DNA of 64,000 nt from Azolla caroliniana (lineage: Eukaryota; Plantae; Polypodiophyta). The DNA is taken from contig JBHGNT010000003.1 of the NCBI GenBank assembly GCA_043228905.1, positions 10,354,001-10,418,000 of the forward strand, given 5' to 3'. The first letter of the stretch is position 1. Each line of letters opens with the position of its first letter. The position numbers were made by a program, and so were the translations under genes. Shown piece by piece: positions 1 to 13,981 of the stretch. The notes below the pieces were generated by a model that had not been told where the DNA came from, made no database searches, and saw nothing but the letters and a program-made list of their open reading frames with translations.

Positions 1-1599
1 TAGTGAAAAGCTAGACCAGAGCAATTATTCATCTTGGGACTACAAGATGACCCAATACCTTGTCGGCCAAGGGTATTGGAGTTACATCAACGGCGCTCAA
101 GAAAATCGATCGGACGCAAAGAACGTCGACTACTCAACATGGGAGCAAGCGGCTAGTCGAGTCATGTATTGCTTGGGAACATGTGTCCACGACCACATGC
201 TTAGCCACATTCGAGACGCCAAGACGCCGAAAGAGACGTGGGAGAACTTAAAGAAAATGTTCGCCGCCAACACGACCGCCCAAAAGCTTCAACTACGACA
301 AGAGTTTAACAACATTCAGACTACATTGCCAAGATCAACAACATTTGCGACTCGCTTGGCTCCATCAAAATAAACGTCGACGAAGACGAGATGGTTCAAG
401 TATGCTTGGGCGGCCTTGCACAACGATTCGACTCGTTGAGGACGGCAATCTTGGCGAGGGAAAATCCTCCTTCGTTCTTCGACCTTCAATTAATGCTAAT
501 GGTTGAAGAGAACCACGTTCAAGCCAAAACCAAGACATCGGAAGGACAAATGTTCTTCTCGGATTCAGATGGTAGTTGAGGACGAAGTCGAGGTAGTAGA
601 AGAGGCCAATTCGGCCCATCACATGAAGGGAACTCAAACCTTCACGGAAGCCATCAAAGAACCTTCAGAAGAAGGGGGAGCTTCCATGCCGAACAAGGTC
701 GCCAAATGAGGCCCATACAATGCAATTATTGCGGCAAAATCGGCCACTACAAAGAGGAGTGTTGGAAAAAGAGAAGTGAGTCGGCTTCGACAAATTGACA
801 ACTCACAAACTAAGCCAACAACTCCGAATACAACGACTACGGTGGTCTATTCGTAATGAGACATAGAGCGAACTCTATGATGGCCTCCAATCCACAAGCA
901 CCTCCAACTCAGAATATGTGTGGTGCATCGATTCCGGTGCCTCACATCACATGACATCCCACGAAGAGTGGTTCAATGATTTGCACACACCCAATCGACC
1001 CGACATCATAGAGATGGGTGACGACACCACACATCCCATTCGGCACATTGACAATGTCCCATTCGGGAAAGAAGGCGAGCAAACTTGCATCAAGAATGTC
1101 TTGCACGTGCCCACGATAATGAAGAATTTGGTCTCGGTCGGCCAAATCATGGAGCAAGGCATGCAAGTCCGCTTCAACAACGAAGGTTGTTTCATCGAGA
1201 AAGATGGCCGACTCATAGCTAAGGGGCCGAGAGATGGTCGAATGTTCATCCTCATTCGAACAAGATGAAATCGGCAATGTACGCTAAAGGTCTCAAAACG
1301 GAGACAAGCATCGAGTTGTGGCACAAGAGAATTGGCCACATAAACCTCCAACGGCTCCGAGCTATGCAAATCAAAGGTCGTCGTCATCGGAATTCCAACA
1401 TTCAAGTCAACCGAGTATGTGAAGCGCGTCAACTCGGCAAACAACATCGACTCCCATTCCCGAAGGTGAGCCACGCGAGCAAAGGCCTCCTCGACATCAT
1501 ACACTCGAATGTATGGAGACCAACTCAAACGCCAATGATCGGCGGATGCCGATTCTACGTCACCTTCATCGACGACTACTTGTGCTACGCGTGGATCTT
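1..1599 (+). mobile_element. Degenerate Ty1/Copia element H, 5' part (gag, protease, integrase N-terminus); many stops and frameshifts; cut by the LTR of element C
   Basis: ORF fragments with Copia gag (WEQAASRVMYC..., KLQLRQE), protease WCIDSGASHHMT, GAG-pre-integrase LWHKRIGHIN and integrase FYVTFIDD. Confidence 0.85.
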
Positions 1600-1918
1600 T
1601 GTAAAAGAATACATGTGCGGAAACGTATGCACAACACAGAGTACACAATTCGGAGACCGATAGTTTGGTAAAACACAGAGAACATAGAGATGGAGATGGA
1701 GATGGAGAGACAAAGATTGAGAGGCAACTTAGTTCTATTTCAAAATAATGACACTCTGTACATATTTCGTGCTCAATGAGCACCTTTTATACAAACCCTA
1801 ACTATCGGGCTGACACAAGTACTGACAGTACTTGACTGCTCATAAATGAGCCTACTACACTAACTCCCAAAATTATTCCTTACGAGGAATACCATACTAA
1901 TGGCCTTTCGGTTTACGC

Positions 1919-3001
1919 TGTCGTGAAGATTTTTGGCAATAGTGTGAAAATCCCATAAAACGTACAAAATCGAGTATTAATCATGTAATACAATAATTGT
2001 GAAGATAACATTTTTAATATCTAAGTACAAAATGATGGAGGTTTCGAATGCAATTTATTACACGAGAAATGGACAACTAAATGTCAAGATATGAGGGTAT
2101 AAAGTTTGTGAAAAGAAAAGAGAAAATTGTGAGATATCCCACATAGGCACGACAAATACGGCTCTCATCATATATAAGGTGGAGCAAAAGATATTATCTT
2201 TGTGTCTATGTGTGGAGCATAGAGAGTTCAAGGTAACTTGAACTTAGAGTGGAGGTGGCTAGCTACTCGAAAAGGGTTTTGGCCAACCAAAACTGGACCG
2301 GCGATGGAGCCGGTGATCCGACGGCATCCGACCGCAATCCGGTGGCGGCATGCGGCACCGGTATCCGGCGGCGGCATCGGTATCCGACGGCGGCGTTGGC
2401 ATCCAGCGGCGGCACCGGTATCCGGCGGCGGCATCCGGCGTCGGCGGCGGCATCCGGCGACGGCATCGGCATCCGGCGAACCGGCGACTAGATAAAATAA
2501 ATATATAAAAATATATACATATTTACATATACAAGGAGGGCAAGTATGGATTCAAACCTTGCACCTCCAAGTTAGGAGTCAAATGGCTTACCATTAAGCC
2601 ATGGTATTTAGTTGAAATTATATTTCTATCATTGTACTTTTACATGTAAATTCTCATCCATGAGTGCTAAAATGAGTGACATGGTTAGCATGCACCACAT
2701 GTAATACTTAAGCGCCGAATGGCAAACATGCAATTTATGCATGTCTTGTACCCTCACATGCATCATATGCATGAGAGCATCTATAAAAGAGGGAAGGGGG
2801 AGGAGAAAAAGATGGTTTTTTTTATGAAAATTAAGAAGAAGAAATTCATTATCAAATCAATCGTGTAATCTCATCTTCTCTCTTTCCCAATCTATCTTAA
2901 GTACTTTCTCGCCAAAGCTTGTATCGACTCTAAATCCTTCTGGTCCAGAACCCCGGCGGTTCCGCCTCACGATCTGCGCGTAGTGACGGATCTTCACGAC
3001 A
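1919..3001 (+). mobile_element. Solo LTR of a Gypsy family resembling the 40633-48988 element, inserted in the 3' LTR of C
   Basis: 12-bp perfect terminal inverted repeat TGTCGTGAAGAT...ATCTTCACGACA; 4-bp TSD ACGC (1915-1918 and 3002-3005); shares TATCCCACATAG and overall layout with the LTR at 40633; TATA at 2782. Confidence 0.8.
2295..2488. repeat. GC-rich degenerate tandem repeat (CCGGCGGCGGCAT-like) inside the solo LTR
   Basis: Repeated GGCGGCGGCATCC / GGCACCGGTATCC units. Confidence 0.85.
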
Positions 3002-4429
3002 ACGCACTGATACGACCACGTTATGCGTATTGTTTTACGCACCTAGTTTACGCACTAGGTTACGCATTGTGTTATGCACCCAATGTTGAGCTTGTCACTC
3101 AACACTCCCTCTCAAGCTCAACTTGAAGTTCCACATGCTCCTCTGGATCTTCACTCCGGCTTTCCTGGCTTCACGCCTTGCTCGTGTTCCATGACCTGTT
3201 CGATTCCGCACTCCTCGACCCTTCTGGTCGGCTAGTCTGTTCATTTGGCCCAGGTTCTAAGCTCCCTTTTTGTTGCGGTGTTGGCACCTCTTCCGCTGCT
3301 CTTTCCTCCACTTGGCCCTGATTTGACTCGCAATATCCGAATCGAATATTTCTATTGAATCAGTCTCTTCCGATTCAATTCCACTTACATCCAAATTGGT
3401 TGTCTCCAATTCGTCTTAAGTTTTTAGGCCTTTGACAATGTCAAACCACGTCTTGGTCTTGGCCTTACCTCCCCCTAATTCGGTCGTCCTCGGCCCTTCC
3501 TCTCTTCATCAGCTTCTTCAGCCGACCCGAAATTGAATTCTTCATCTGACTCCACATCACGGTCACTTCCGCCGCGATGATCACCTCCCCTCCTTTCACT
3601 CTCTTGCTCCTGTCTCCCCCTCAAGTTCGACGTGTCGAGGTGACGCAACCCAAGCTCACCCAAGAAATGCCGCAACTTGTTGAGACTAAGAGGCTTGGTG
3701 AAAATGTCGGCAACTTGTTGATCCGTCGGAACATACGCCTTCACCTGAAAGGACCCGCTCGCAGAGAAAATGGTAATGCACCTCAATGTGCTTGGTCCGG
3801 GCGTGGAATACATGGTTTTTTGCAAGGTGGATACTGCTAAGGTTGTTGCAATAGATCTTCGTCGGATCGGACACATCCACATGCAAATCTCGTAATAGTC
3901 GTTTCAGCCAAATGACTTCGCATGTAGCGATAGTCGGCCCTCGATATTTGGCCTCTGTGCTCGACGGTGCTACTGTCGGTTGCTTCTTACTGCTCCACGC
4001 GATCGCCACACTTCCTAATGAGAAGGCATATCCGAATGTGGATCTACGATCACTGGCGTTTCCAGCCCAATCAGCATCCATGTAGCCAACCATCTGTTCA
4101 GCTACGCCTGCCCAATACAACAACACCATGTCTTTTGTGCCGCTGACATATCGCAATATCCTTTGCGTGCACTAAAACTGTTTGGCCGTAGGCTGCAACA
4201 TAAACTGAGTCCGACCAGGTAGTTGAGGTCCGGCCTAGTGACCGTCAAATATATCAGGCTTCCGACAATCTGTCGAAACCATGTCAAGTCGCATGCCTTT
4301 CCCGAATCTCGGCGAAGCTTTGCGTTTGTAGAAAGTAGCGTGCGGAAGCAAGTATGAAGACAGAACATAAAAGAAGAACACTCAAGTTTAATGGAGAGCT
4401 TGAGCTTACGCAGTATACTCGGGAGAGAC

Positions 4430-7400
4430 CTCAGCTTCTTTAGCCGATTCGAAGTCGAACTCGACAACCGACTCGGTGTCGCGGTCTCTGCTCCTTTCCT
4501 GGTGTCTTGCTCGGTTGTTCGGGACTGTCCTCCCCCTCAAGTTTGGCACGTCGAGGTGACGCAATCCGAACGCACCTGCGAATTGTCGTAACTTGTCCAG
4601 ACCAAGAGGCTTTGTGAAGATGTCGGCAGTCTGCCGATCCGTCGGCACATACTAAAGTTCGACTTCACTGGAAAGGACACGCTCACGGACGAAATGGTAG
4701 TGCACCTCAATGTGCTTGGTCCGTGCGTGGAAAACGGGGTTCTTCGCGAGCTAGATGCTGTTGAGGTTGTCGCAGTAGATCGTCGTCGGATCTGACACCT
4801 CCGTTTGCAGGTCCTTAAGTAGCCGCTTCAACCATATGGCTTCGCATGTCGCGACAGCCGCTCCTCGGTGGTCAGCTTCGGTGCTCGACAGTGCAACTGT
4901 CGGCTGCTTCTTACTGCTCCACGCGATCGCAGCACTCCCGAGGGAGAACGCGTATCCGGACGTGGATCAGCGATCGGCGGCGTTGCCAGCCCAATCAGCA
5001 TCGGTGTAGCCGACTAACTGCGCAGCTGCACCGGGCCGATATAGCAGTCCGCAGTCCTTAGTGCCACTTACGTACCACAATACGCGTTGCGCACACTGAA
5101 GGTGCTCCTCGGTAGGTCGTGCCATGAACTGATTGGTCACCCAACCCGGATAACTGAGGTCGGGTCGGGTGATGGTCAAGTATATGAGGCTTCCGACAAT
5201 TTGTCGGAGCCTCGTCGGGTCGCATACCTCTCCCGTATCGGGACGAAGCTTGATGGTTCTATCTAGAGGAGTCGAGACGGCCTTACAGTCGGCCATCCCG
5301 AATTTGAAGAGCATACTCAGCACGTAATGACGTTGGCTGATCAATATGCCTTCGGGGGTACGGATCACTTCGATCCCGAGGAAGTAATGAAGGTCCCCCA
5401 GATCCTTCATGTCGAACGATGCCGCAAGCTGGAGCTTCACGCAGTCGATTTCACCTAGGTCGGCGCCGGTGATGACCAAGTCATCGACATATAGTAGAAT
5501 ACTAACCGGTCCGAGTCGACCTTTCTGGATGAACAGGGAAGAGTCCGATTTTGACGTGACGAAGCCCATCCGACGCAGTTGTTGCGTGATCTTCGCGTTC
5601 CAGGCACGCGGGGCTTGCTTCAGTCCGTAAAGGGACTTCTTCATTCGGCATACTGCCGAGGAGTTCGTTCCGGAGTGAAATCCGAGGGGTTGTACCATGT
5701 ACACTTGTTCCTCAAGGTCACCTTGCAGGAACACATTCTTTACATCCATTTGATGTAGGTACCACCCCTTGGCCACGGCTACTGCGAGCAAAACACGGAC
5801 GGTCGTCATTTTCGCGACCAGCGCAAATGTCTCATCGTAGTCGATGCCGTGTTTCTGCGCGTAGCCCTTTGCCACTAGTCGAGCCTTGTACCGGTTGACC
5901 GAGCCATCGGTGTTGTACTTAACTTTGTACACCCACCTACACCCGATCGGTTTCACACCCTTCGGTGCGTCAACCAGGTTCCAGGTCTCATTCTCCGCCA
6001 ATGCGTGCATCTCTTGCTCCATCGCGGCACGCCAAGTCGCGTCTTTAGCCGCTTCTGCGTAGCTCTCCGGCTCACGCACTTCTGCTACATGGGTCATGTA
6101 CGCATAATGATGCGCCATGTACTCGTTGTATCCGAACCGCAAAACAGGATTCTTCTGGCGGGTAGATCGGCGTAATCTCGCATTAGCCGATGTCGAGGCC
6201 TTCTCGGTCGACGCGGTCTTCATCTTTAAAGACCCGTCACCGGTTCCGTCGGAGTCGGACTCGCATCGGTCTGACTCGTTCTTATCCGTGCCGGAATCCG
6301 ACACCTTCTTCTTCCCTTTCTCTTTGCGTGTAAGCCGTCTCCTCGGCTTCCCGCGCGGGGAATGCACGGCCGAGTCTCCACTACTCGCCGGCTCTTTATC
6401 TGACTGGTCGTACTGACTCAGTCGTCTAATCGGTCCACTTAAACGGAGTGAAATCGGACTCTCTTCGCGGGTCTCGATTTCGGGCTCATCCGGAGGCATC
6501 TCGGCCTCGCTGACCTTATCGTCAGAGCTCAGATTGGAGTCGGGGTTTGTAGTCGGGGGCAAGTACCAGGACGCGACTCATCAAACACAACGTCGCGGCT
6601 GACACGCGCTTGCTTGGTGCGAGGGTTATAGCACTTATAACCCTTCTGCTCGTCCGAGTAACCGACCAAGATGCATTTCTCGGCCTTTACGTCCAGCTTC
6701 CTCCTTTTCTCCTTCAGTATATGCACATACGCAATGCTACTGAACACCCTCAAGTGTCGCAAGTTCGGCTTCGTTCCGAAATATAGCTCGTGCGCCGACA
6801 CTTTGTCTCCGATCCGGTTCTAGATGTATACCGCGGTCCTTACCGCTTCGGCCCAGTAGAACTTGGGCAAGCTCTTCTCCTCCAGCATTGCCCGTGCCGC
6901 TTCCACAACTGACCGATTCTTCCTCTCGGCCACGCCGTTCTGCTCCGACGTGTATCTACAACTGAATTCACGCCGAATTCCCATTTGTTGTAGATAACCG
7001 TTGAATTGACCGGAGAAGTACTCTTTCCCGCCATCCAACCGCAAGCACTTGATCTTTCGTCCCATTTCCGTTTCCACGAACCCTTTGAGGTCCCGAAAGC
7101 AGTCGAAGACTTCGCTCTTCCTCTCAATGAGGTAGATCCACGTGTGCCGCGTGTGGTTGTCGATAAAGGAGACGAAATATCGGCTCCCGCCAAGACTAAC
7201 GTTTTGTGCCGGCCCCCATACATCAGAGTGTATAAGGTCGAGCTTGTTCCGTCTCCGGTTTCGCTCGTTGGGGAAAGGAAGTCGGTGTTGCTTCCTGAGC
7301 TGGTAGGCTTCACAAATTTGTGCCTTTCGGCCACTAAATTTGGGCAATCTGAACACTACCTGTTTCGATTGCAGATCTTGAAGCCGTTGGTGGTTGACGT

Positions 7401-8688
7401 GGCCTATCCACTTGTGCCACAAGTCGATGTCCGACTCGGATTTTTGTCCCTTCGCGAACATTGCGGTGCCGCCGTCAGTGGAGTCGAGGATGAACATCCT
7501 CCTGTCTCTGCGCCCTTGCGCAATCACATGACCTTCTTCCTCAATGAAGCATCCGAGGTGTGTAAACCGAACCTCCATCCCTTGGTCGACGATCTGTCCG
7601 ACCGAGACCAAGTTTTTCGTGATTGTCGGAACGTGCAACACGTTCATGAGTTTCTCTTTCTGCCCGACATGGCTAAGGGGAACTTCTCCGACATTCGCGA
7701 TCGGATGCGGAGTGTCATCTCCTATAGCGACTACTCCAGGTTGTATCGGTTTTCAAGGTTTGAGAACCGTCATGTCGTTTGACACGCCAGAGTCTACGTA
7801 CCACACCTCGTCCGATCTCGGGGTGCTCTGTTTCATTGAGTTTGCTTCGTGTCTCGTCACGAAGGCAGACCCTTCTCCAGTTCTCCCGGAGTCTTCGGCG
7901 TAGTGCGATCGTTGCCGATTTCCCTTGTCGGTATGTCTGGAGCCGTTTCCGGAACCAGTTCTCTCCGAATCGGCGCGCTTCTTCCAGCACTCACTTTCCC
8001 TGTGGCCTTTCTTGCCACAATACCAGCACTCCGCGATGGCCTTCCCTTGCCGGTTCTCATCGCTTCGACTCCCCCTGTTTCCGGAGGGTTCGGAGTTGCT
8101 GTCGGCATCACTTTGGTGCCTTCTTCCTTGATCTCGTCGGCCGCCTCCATTGCGCGCCGACTCGCCTCGTCCTCCACGTCCACGGGGCCTATCTCCCTCC
8201 GTGCATGCTTGTAGACACACCCGCGTGGTTCTCCTCTACCAAGAGCATTGACTGTAAGTCAAAAAAGGACGGTGTATTCTCCCGAGTACACACATCCGTT
8301 CGGAACGTTCCGAACTTCGACGCCAAACCTCCGAGATAGATCTGGACCATCTCACTCTCCTCGATGTTTACCTCTATGGAGGCGAGGGAGTCGCAGATAT
8401 CCTTGATCTTCGAGGTATAGTCCGCCACCGACAAGTCGTGTTGTCGTAGGTTGCTCAACTCCTGTCGGAGCTGAAGCTTCCTAGCTCTGGTGCTCGCGGC
8501 GAAAATCTTCTTCAGATTTTCCCACGCACCCTTCGACGTCTTTGCATCCTGAACATAGCTCAATAGCTGTTCGCCCACACACGACACGAAGCAGTATAAT
8601 ACCCTGCTCGCCGATTGCTCCCATGAAGGGAAGTCTCTATGTGTCGATTCGGGTGCCGCGTCATTAGCTCCTTCGACATAACTCCAGT
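4430..8688 (-). pseudogene. Disrupted gag-pol of Copia B (gag C-part, PR, IN, RT, RNase H); gag N-terminus lies at 14153-14260
   Basis: Consecutive ORF fragments 8189-8710, 7753-8220, 6820-7647, 6529-6801, 4967-6562 and 4406-4648 in Copia domain order, separated by frameshifts or stops. Confidence 0.9.
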
Positions 8689-8774
8689 TGTTGGGAGTTA
8701 ATGTCGTCAATGCGGAAGATCAAGAAGCATTCGTTGCGTTCTGAATACCTGCGTATGGCTGTTTCTATGTCGTT

Positions 8775-8813
<39 letters not shown>

Positions 8814-11800
8814 CACAAAAGACTTACTATTTCATAAAGCAATAATACAACATCCAACCTTACAAAAAGGTTGCAAGGTCACTATATATAGTGACCGACT
8901 TAGGGCAACTACCCTTTATGCTAATTACATAAATGGCCAAAACGGGATAATGTGAATACGTCCATTATACACATGTATTCGACACTCCCCCGTAATGGGC
9001 GTATACATGGGTTATCTAAGATTACAGGTATAGACTTAGGTTCTCGGACATATCAGCTTTGTTCGGGTCGGCAGGGTCCGAAGGCAGAAGACCGAACTGG
9101 TCGGGTCGGAACAGTTGAAGCCGATCATTAAGGAACTGATGTCGGTTGTCGGGAACCATCCTGCTCTGTGTCCGGCTCTAACCGGACTGGTTTGTCGTTA
9201 CGCCCATCTGATGCCGAAGAGACCGAAAACGGTCTGCCGAAAGACACTTGGTCATTCCATCTGCGACATTGTCGGTTGTGGATATTTTCTCTAGACCGAT
9301 TTTCCCTGAAATGACGCAGTCCCGAACGAAGTGATATCGAACGTCGATATGTTTGGAGGCGTTGTGGTGAACCGGATTTTTCGACAAGGCAACAGCACCT
9401 TGACTGTCGCTGTAGACAACTGGAGCCGAGTCATGGTCGACTTGTCGAAACGTGTGCGCCAGCCGACCGAGCCACAAAGCTTCTTTTGCTGCGTCGGACG
9501 CAGCTACATATTCTGCTTCGGTCGTTGAGGTCGCTGTGCACTCCTGAAGTTTCGACTTCCACGAAATTGCTCCATTGCCGAATTTGAAGCAGTATCCGGT
9601 TGTTGATTTCCGACTGTCTATACAGCCGGCGAAGTCCGAGTCGGTGTAACCGACTACGCCTGAGGTTCGGTTCGGACCGAAAAGAATGCCGTGGTCTTTT
9701 GTGCCAGCCAAATATCTGAACACATGCTTGACTGCGTTCCAATGCGATCGGCCAGGATTGTGCATAAATCTGCTGACGACTCCTACGGCATGAGAAATAT
9801 CAGGCCGTGTCGCGACCATCAGGTACATAAGGGAGCCGACTGCCGGTGCATACGGTACCGACTTCATGTCTTCCCCCTCCGGGCCGGATGTCGGGCAGTC
9901 TCGCTGAGAGAGCCGAAGATTCATTGGGAGCGGGGTTGAGGCAGATTTGGCTGATTGCATGTTGAAGCGTTCCAAGACACGTCGGATATAGTCGGTCTGA
10001 GACAAAAAAAGATGTCGTTTATCGCGATGCCGACTAATCTTCATGCCGAGTATGTGTCGTGCCGGACCGAGGTCCTTCATGGCAAACTTCAACCGCAGTT
10101 GCTGAATGAGATCGGCAAGTTCGCCCGCGTGGCGTCCAGAAATTAGCATGTCGTCCACGTAAATGATGAGGAAGATGGGTGATCCATCTTGAGCTGTGTT
10201 GGTGAAGAGACAATGGTCCTCATCGCTTTTGGAGAAGCCGATCGATTGGATGAAGTCGTCGAACTTCTTGTACCATTGTCGTGGTGCCTGTTTGAGGCCG
10301 TATAGACTCTTCCTGAGTCGGCAGACTAGATGTTCTTGGCCAGTTGCCACGAAGCCTTTTGGCTGCTCCATATAAATTTCCTCTTCAAGATCACCATGGA
10401 GGAATGCTGTTTTGACATCTAGCTGAATCAGCTCCAAGTTGTCGGCTGCCACTACGCCGAGCAGAAAACGAAGGGTTGTCATTTTCACCACTGGTGAAAA
10501 AATCTCGTCGAAGTCGACGCCATATTCTTGTCGGAAGCCCTTCGCGACTAATCTGGCCTTGTACTTTGGGGTGGTCGAATCAGACGTCTCTTTTAGTCGA
10601 TAAACCCACTTGCAAGGAAGAGCACGTCGGTTCCTAGGTAATTCTACCAGATCCCAAGTCTTGTTTGCCCGAATGGAGTGCATTTCCGACTCCATCGCCA
10701 GATGCCAGGTGGCTGAATCGACAGAAGTCGATGCTTCTTCGTAAGACGTCGGTTCGCCGGCGTCGGTGAAGAAAATTGCAGGAGAATACCTCTCCGGAGG
10801 TTGCGACAGTCTCTCGGATCGTCGAGGTAAGATTGGACTGGTCGCATCGGGTATCAAGGTCGGATGGTCCGAAAGCGGATTGTTCTGCTGTGCCGAGTCG
10901 GGGTTGTCCGAGTCGGTAGTGTAAGGTTCAGCTACCCGTGAAGCTGACCGTGTGTTGAGAGCGGGGCCTTCTTGAAGGGTCGGCACATCGGAAAATGTTA
11001 CCCTTCGGACTTCGATCGGTTTTTCGACTGATGGATTCATAGCCGACTCGTTGAACACAACGTCCGAACTTCGGACGATTTGTCTGCGTTCGGGATCCCA
11101 GAGTCGGTATCCCATTTCGCCGTCGGATCCATATCCGAGGAAAATGCATTTCCTGGACCGAGGTGCAAGTTTTCGGCGATCATCTTTCGGAATAAGGGCG
11201 TACGCCTCGCATCCGAAGATCCTCAGCTTGTCGTAATTCGGCTTACTGCCGATCCATAGTTCCTGAGGAATTTGAAGTCCTAGAGGTCTACTTGGCGACA
11301 TATTGATTATGTGTACTGCCGTGAGTAGAGCCTCTGCCCAGAAGCCATCCGACAGTCCGGAGTGTTGGAGCATGGAAACTGTCCGTTCTTGGATTGTCCG
11401 ATTCATGCGTTCGGCAATCCCGTTTTGCTCCGGACTGTGTGGTGCCGTAAATTCACGTCGGATGCCGCGTTGTCGGCAGAATTTGACGAATTCTTCGGAT
11501 TTGAACTCTCCCCCGTTGTCGGTCCGAAAGCATTTCAGTTTTCGGCCGGTTTGATTTTCTACCATAGCGAGCCAATCTGAGAAGATCGAGAAGACCCGAT
11601 CTTTGGTGCGAATCGGATAAGCCCACACCTTTCGAGTCGAATCGTCAATAAAACTGACGAAGTAAGAGGCACCGCCAAGAGACTGATGCGGCATTGGGCC
11701 ACAGACGTCCGAGTGGACTAAGTCGAGAGGTCTCGTTTCTCTTGGTGCTGATGTCGGGTGTGATGCGGCTGCTTGTTTGCCATACTGGCAATGCTCGCAG

Positions 11801-13942
11801 AATTGATGGTCCGAGAAGGAGAGTTTGGGGATGTATCCGGCTCTAGATAGGTGCGTGATGCCGGCCTTGCTGAGGTGTCCTAATCTTCGGTGCCATAGTG
11901 ATGACACAGGAATATCCACCAAAAACAGGTTACCCTCTCTGAGCGTAACATGTAACGGATACAGTGAGTGTATCTTGGGTCCTCTAGCAAGCAGGAGGTT
12001 CCCCCTGTGGAGTGTCCACCCTCCCGAAGAAAAACCGGCACGAATGCCGTCTTCATCTAGTTGTCCGACTGAGATCAATGGCCTTGAGAGCTCGGGTACA
12101 TGTCGGACATTGTGAAGTACAAGTGTAGAGCCACCTGCAAGGTTGAGCTCTACTGTGCCGATTCCGATGATGTCACAGTGTTGTGAGTTGCCGACTCGAA
12201 CTGAGTCGGAGTGACGGATCGTATATTGCCGAAATTGGGATCGATGAGGAGTCACATGAAATGACGCGCCCGAATCTAAGAGCCATGTGCTCGATTCTTC
12301 AGTCGTGAGTAGAACTTCTGATCCGACTGGATTTTCGATTGATAGTATATTCGGGTCGTCCGGTAGTACATCAGCTGAGAAGCTGACGTAATTGATCTCC
12401 TCATGCCGGCCACTCTTCTTGTTGTTCTTGTTCTTGAGTGCGCGGCAGTCGGCTTTGATGTGTCCGGGTTTCTTGCAATAGTTGCAGATTCGGTTATCCC
12501 GTGACTGGCTCCGTCTTCGCTGATTGTTCGGCGGCCGTGAGGAATCTCTTCCTCGTATGTTCGATCGGTCTGTCGAACCTTGTACTACGTAAGCGTCGTC
12601 TGTTGAGTCTTTGGCGAAAGACTTTCTCCGAGCTGCTTCGGTCAGGATTGCGCTCGTGACTTCGGAGTATTTAACAGCCGTGGTTGACGCGTTGCACACG
12701 GTTGTGACGAAAGTTTCCCATGATGAGGGAAGGCTGCTCATGAGTATCATTGCTCTGAGTTCATCCTCGATTGCCGTCCCCTGTGACGAGATTTGGGAGC
12801 TTATGCTTTCGTACTCGTTGAGGTGTGCTTGAACCGAATCGGATTCTTTCATCCGCAAGTTGTAGAGGCGCCGGATCAGAAACATCTTCGTTGCGGCGAC
12901 CTTCTTTTCGTAAGTGTCCGACAGTGTTTTCCACAGTTCGAATGCTGTCGTACACGATTGCACCGTAAAGTATACCGATTCCGATAGGTGCATCCGAATC
13001 GTGGCGCGGACGATTCTGTCCAGCTTCTGCCACTCAATTGGTTTGTATCCTTCTGGAGGTTCTTCATTTTCGATGGGGTCAATTTGCCCCTTGACTATGA
13101 GATAGTCTTGCATTTGCTCCTTCCAGAAGTTGAAGTTCGATCCATCGAACTTTCGTAGACTCATCTCTGACGAGCCGGATGTTGATGCCATCAAATTCGG
13201 TTTCGGTTGACGAAGCTCGGTTCGGAGTCGACTACGAACCTTGTCGGAGTGCAGCCGGTTGGCTCACCCAATATCGTTCTAGTCGGATTTGAACCCGAGT
13301 CGGTTCGGCTTCGGAACTTGCTCGAATTGACTCCGGTAGCTTGAGGGACAGAACCGACTGGTCTTCCCGAATGTTGCCGAGTCGGAGTGAGCCCGGTTCG
13401 CTTCGGATATATATGCCGAATGCCGATTATTGAAACCGATTATCTGGACCGATTCTGCTTCGGGTGGCTGCAGCGACGAGAGAGGTGGATCCAACTGATC
13501 CTTTCGAATGTCGATCAGCCGGATGAAGCACGAATTAGGGTTGTTGTCTTAAGACCGATCTGCACCGAGTGGTTACAACGAGTGGCGATTGATGACCTCT
13601 TCGGATGCCGTTTAACCGAATGGAGCACGATCGTGTCAATGTTGCACAAGGGGATTTCACCTCGAGCGGTTACGATCACGGAGAACAGAGTACAACCTGC
13701 TGGCTTACTCCAAGCAAAGATGATCTAACGCAATGAGATGCAAACCTAGTTTTTCTTCTTCTTCTCTCTTCTTCGAATGACGCAGGAAACCGAATGCTGA
13801 GACGACGGCCGACAGCGGATTGAAGGACCGACTACTGTGCAGGCTCTGATACCAGATGTTGGGAGTTAATGTCGTCAATGCGGAAGATCAAGAAGCATTC
13901 GTTGCGTTCTGAATACCTGCGTATGGCTGTTTCTATGTCGTT

Positions 13943-13981
<39 letters not shown>

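Noticed and set aside
2228-2495. Arg/Ala/Pro-rich ORFs on both strands
   Set aside because: By-products of the GC-rich repeat in the solo LTR
8701-8955. Repeated small ORFs containing ERERER (also 13869, 34011, 51386, 56546, 60795)
   Set aside because: Antisense translations of the A LTR (AG)n microsatellite; frames differ between copies
9331-13105. Antisense ORFs shared among Copia A copies
   Set aside because: Explained by near-identity of the copies; lengths vary and no motifs are recognisable
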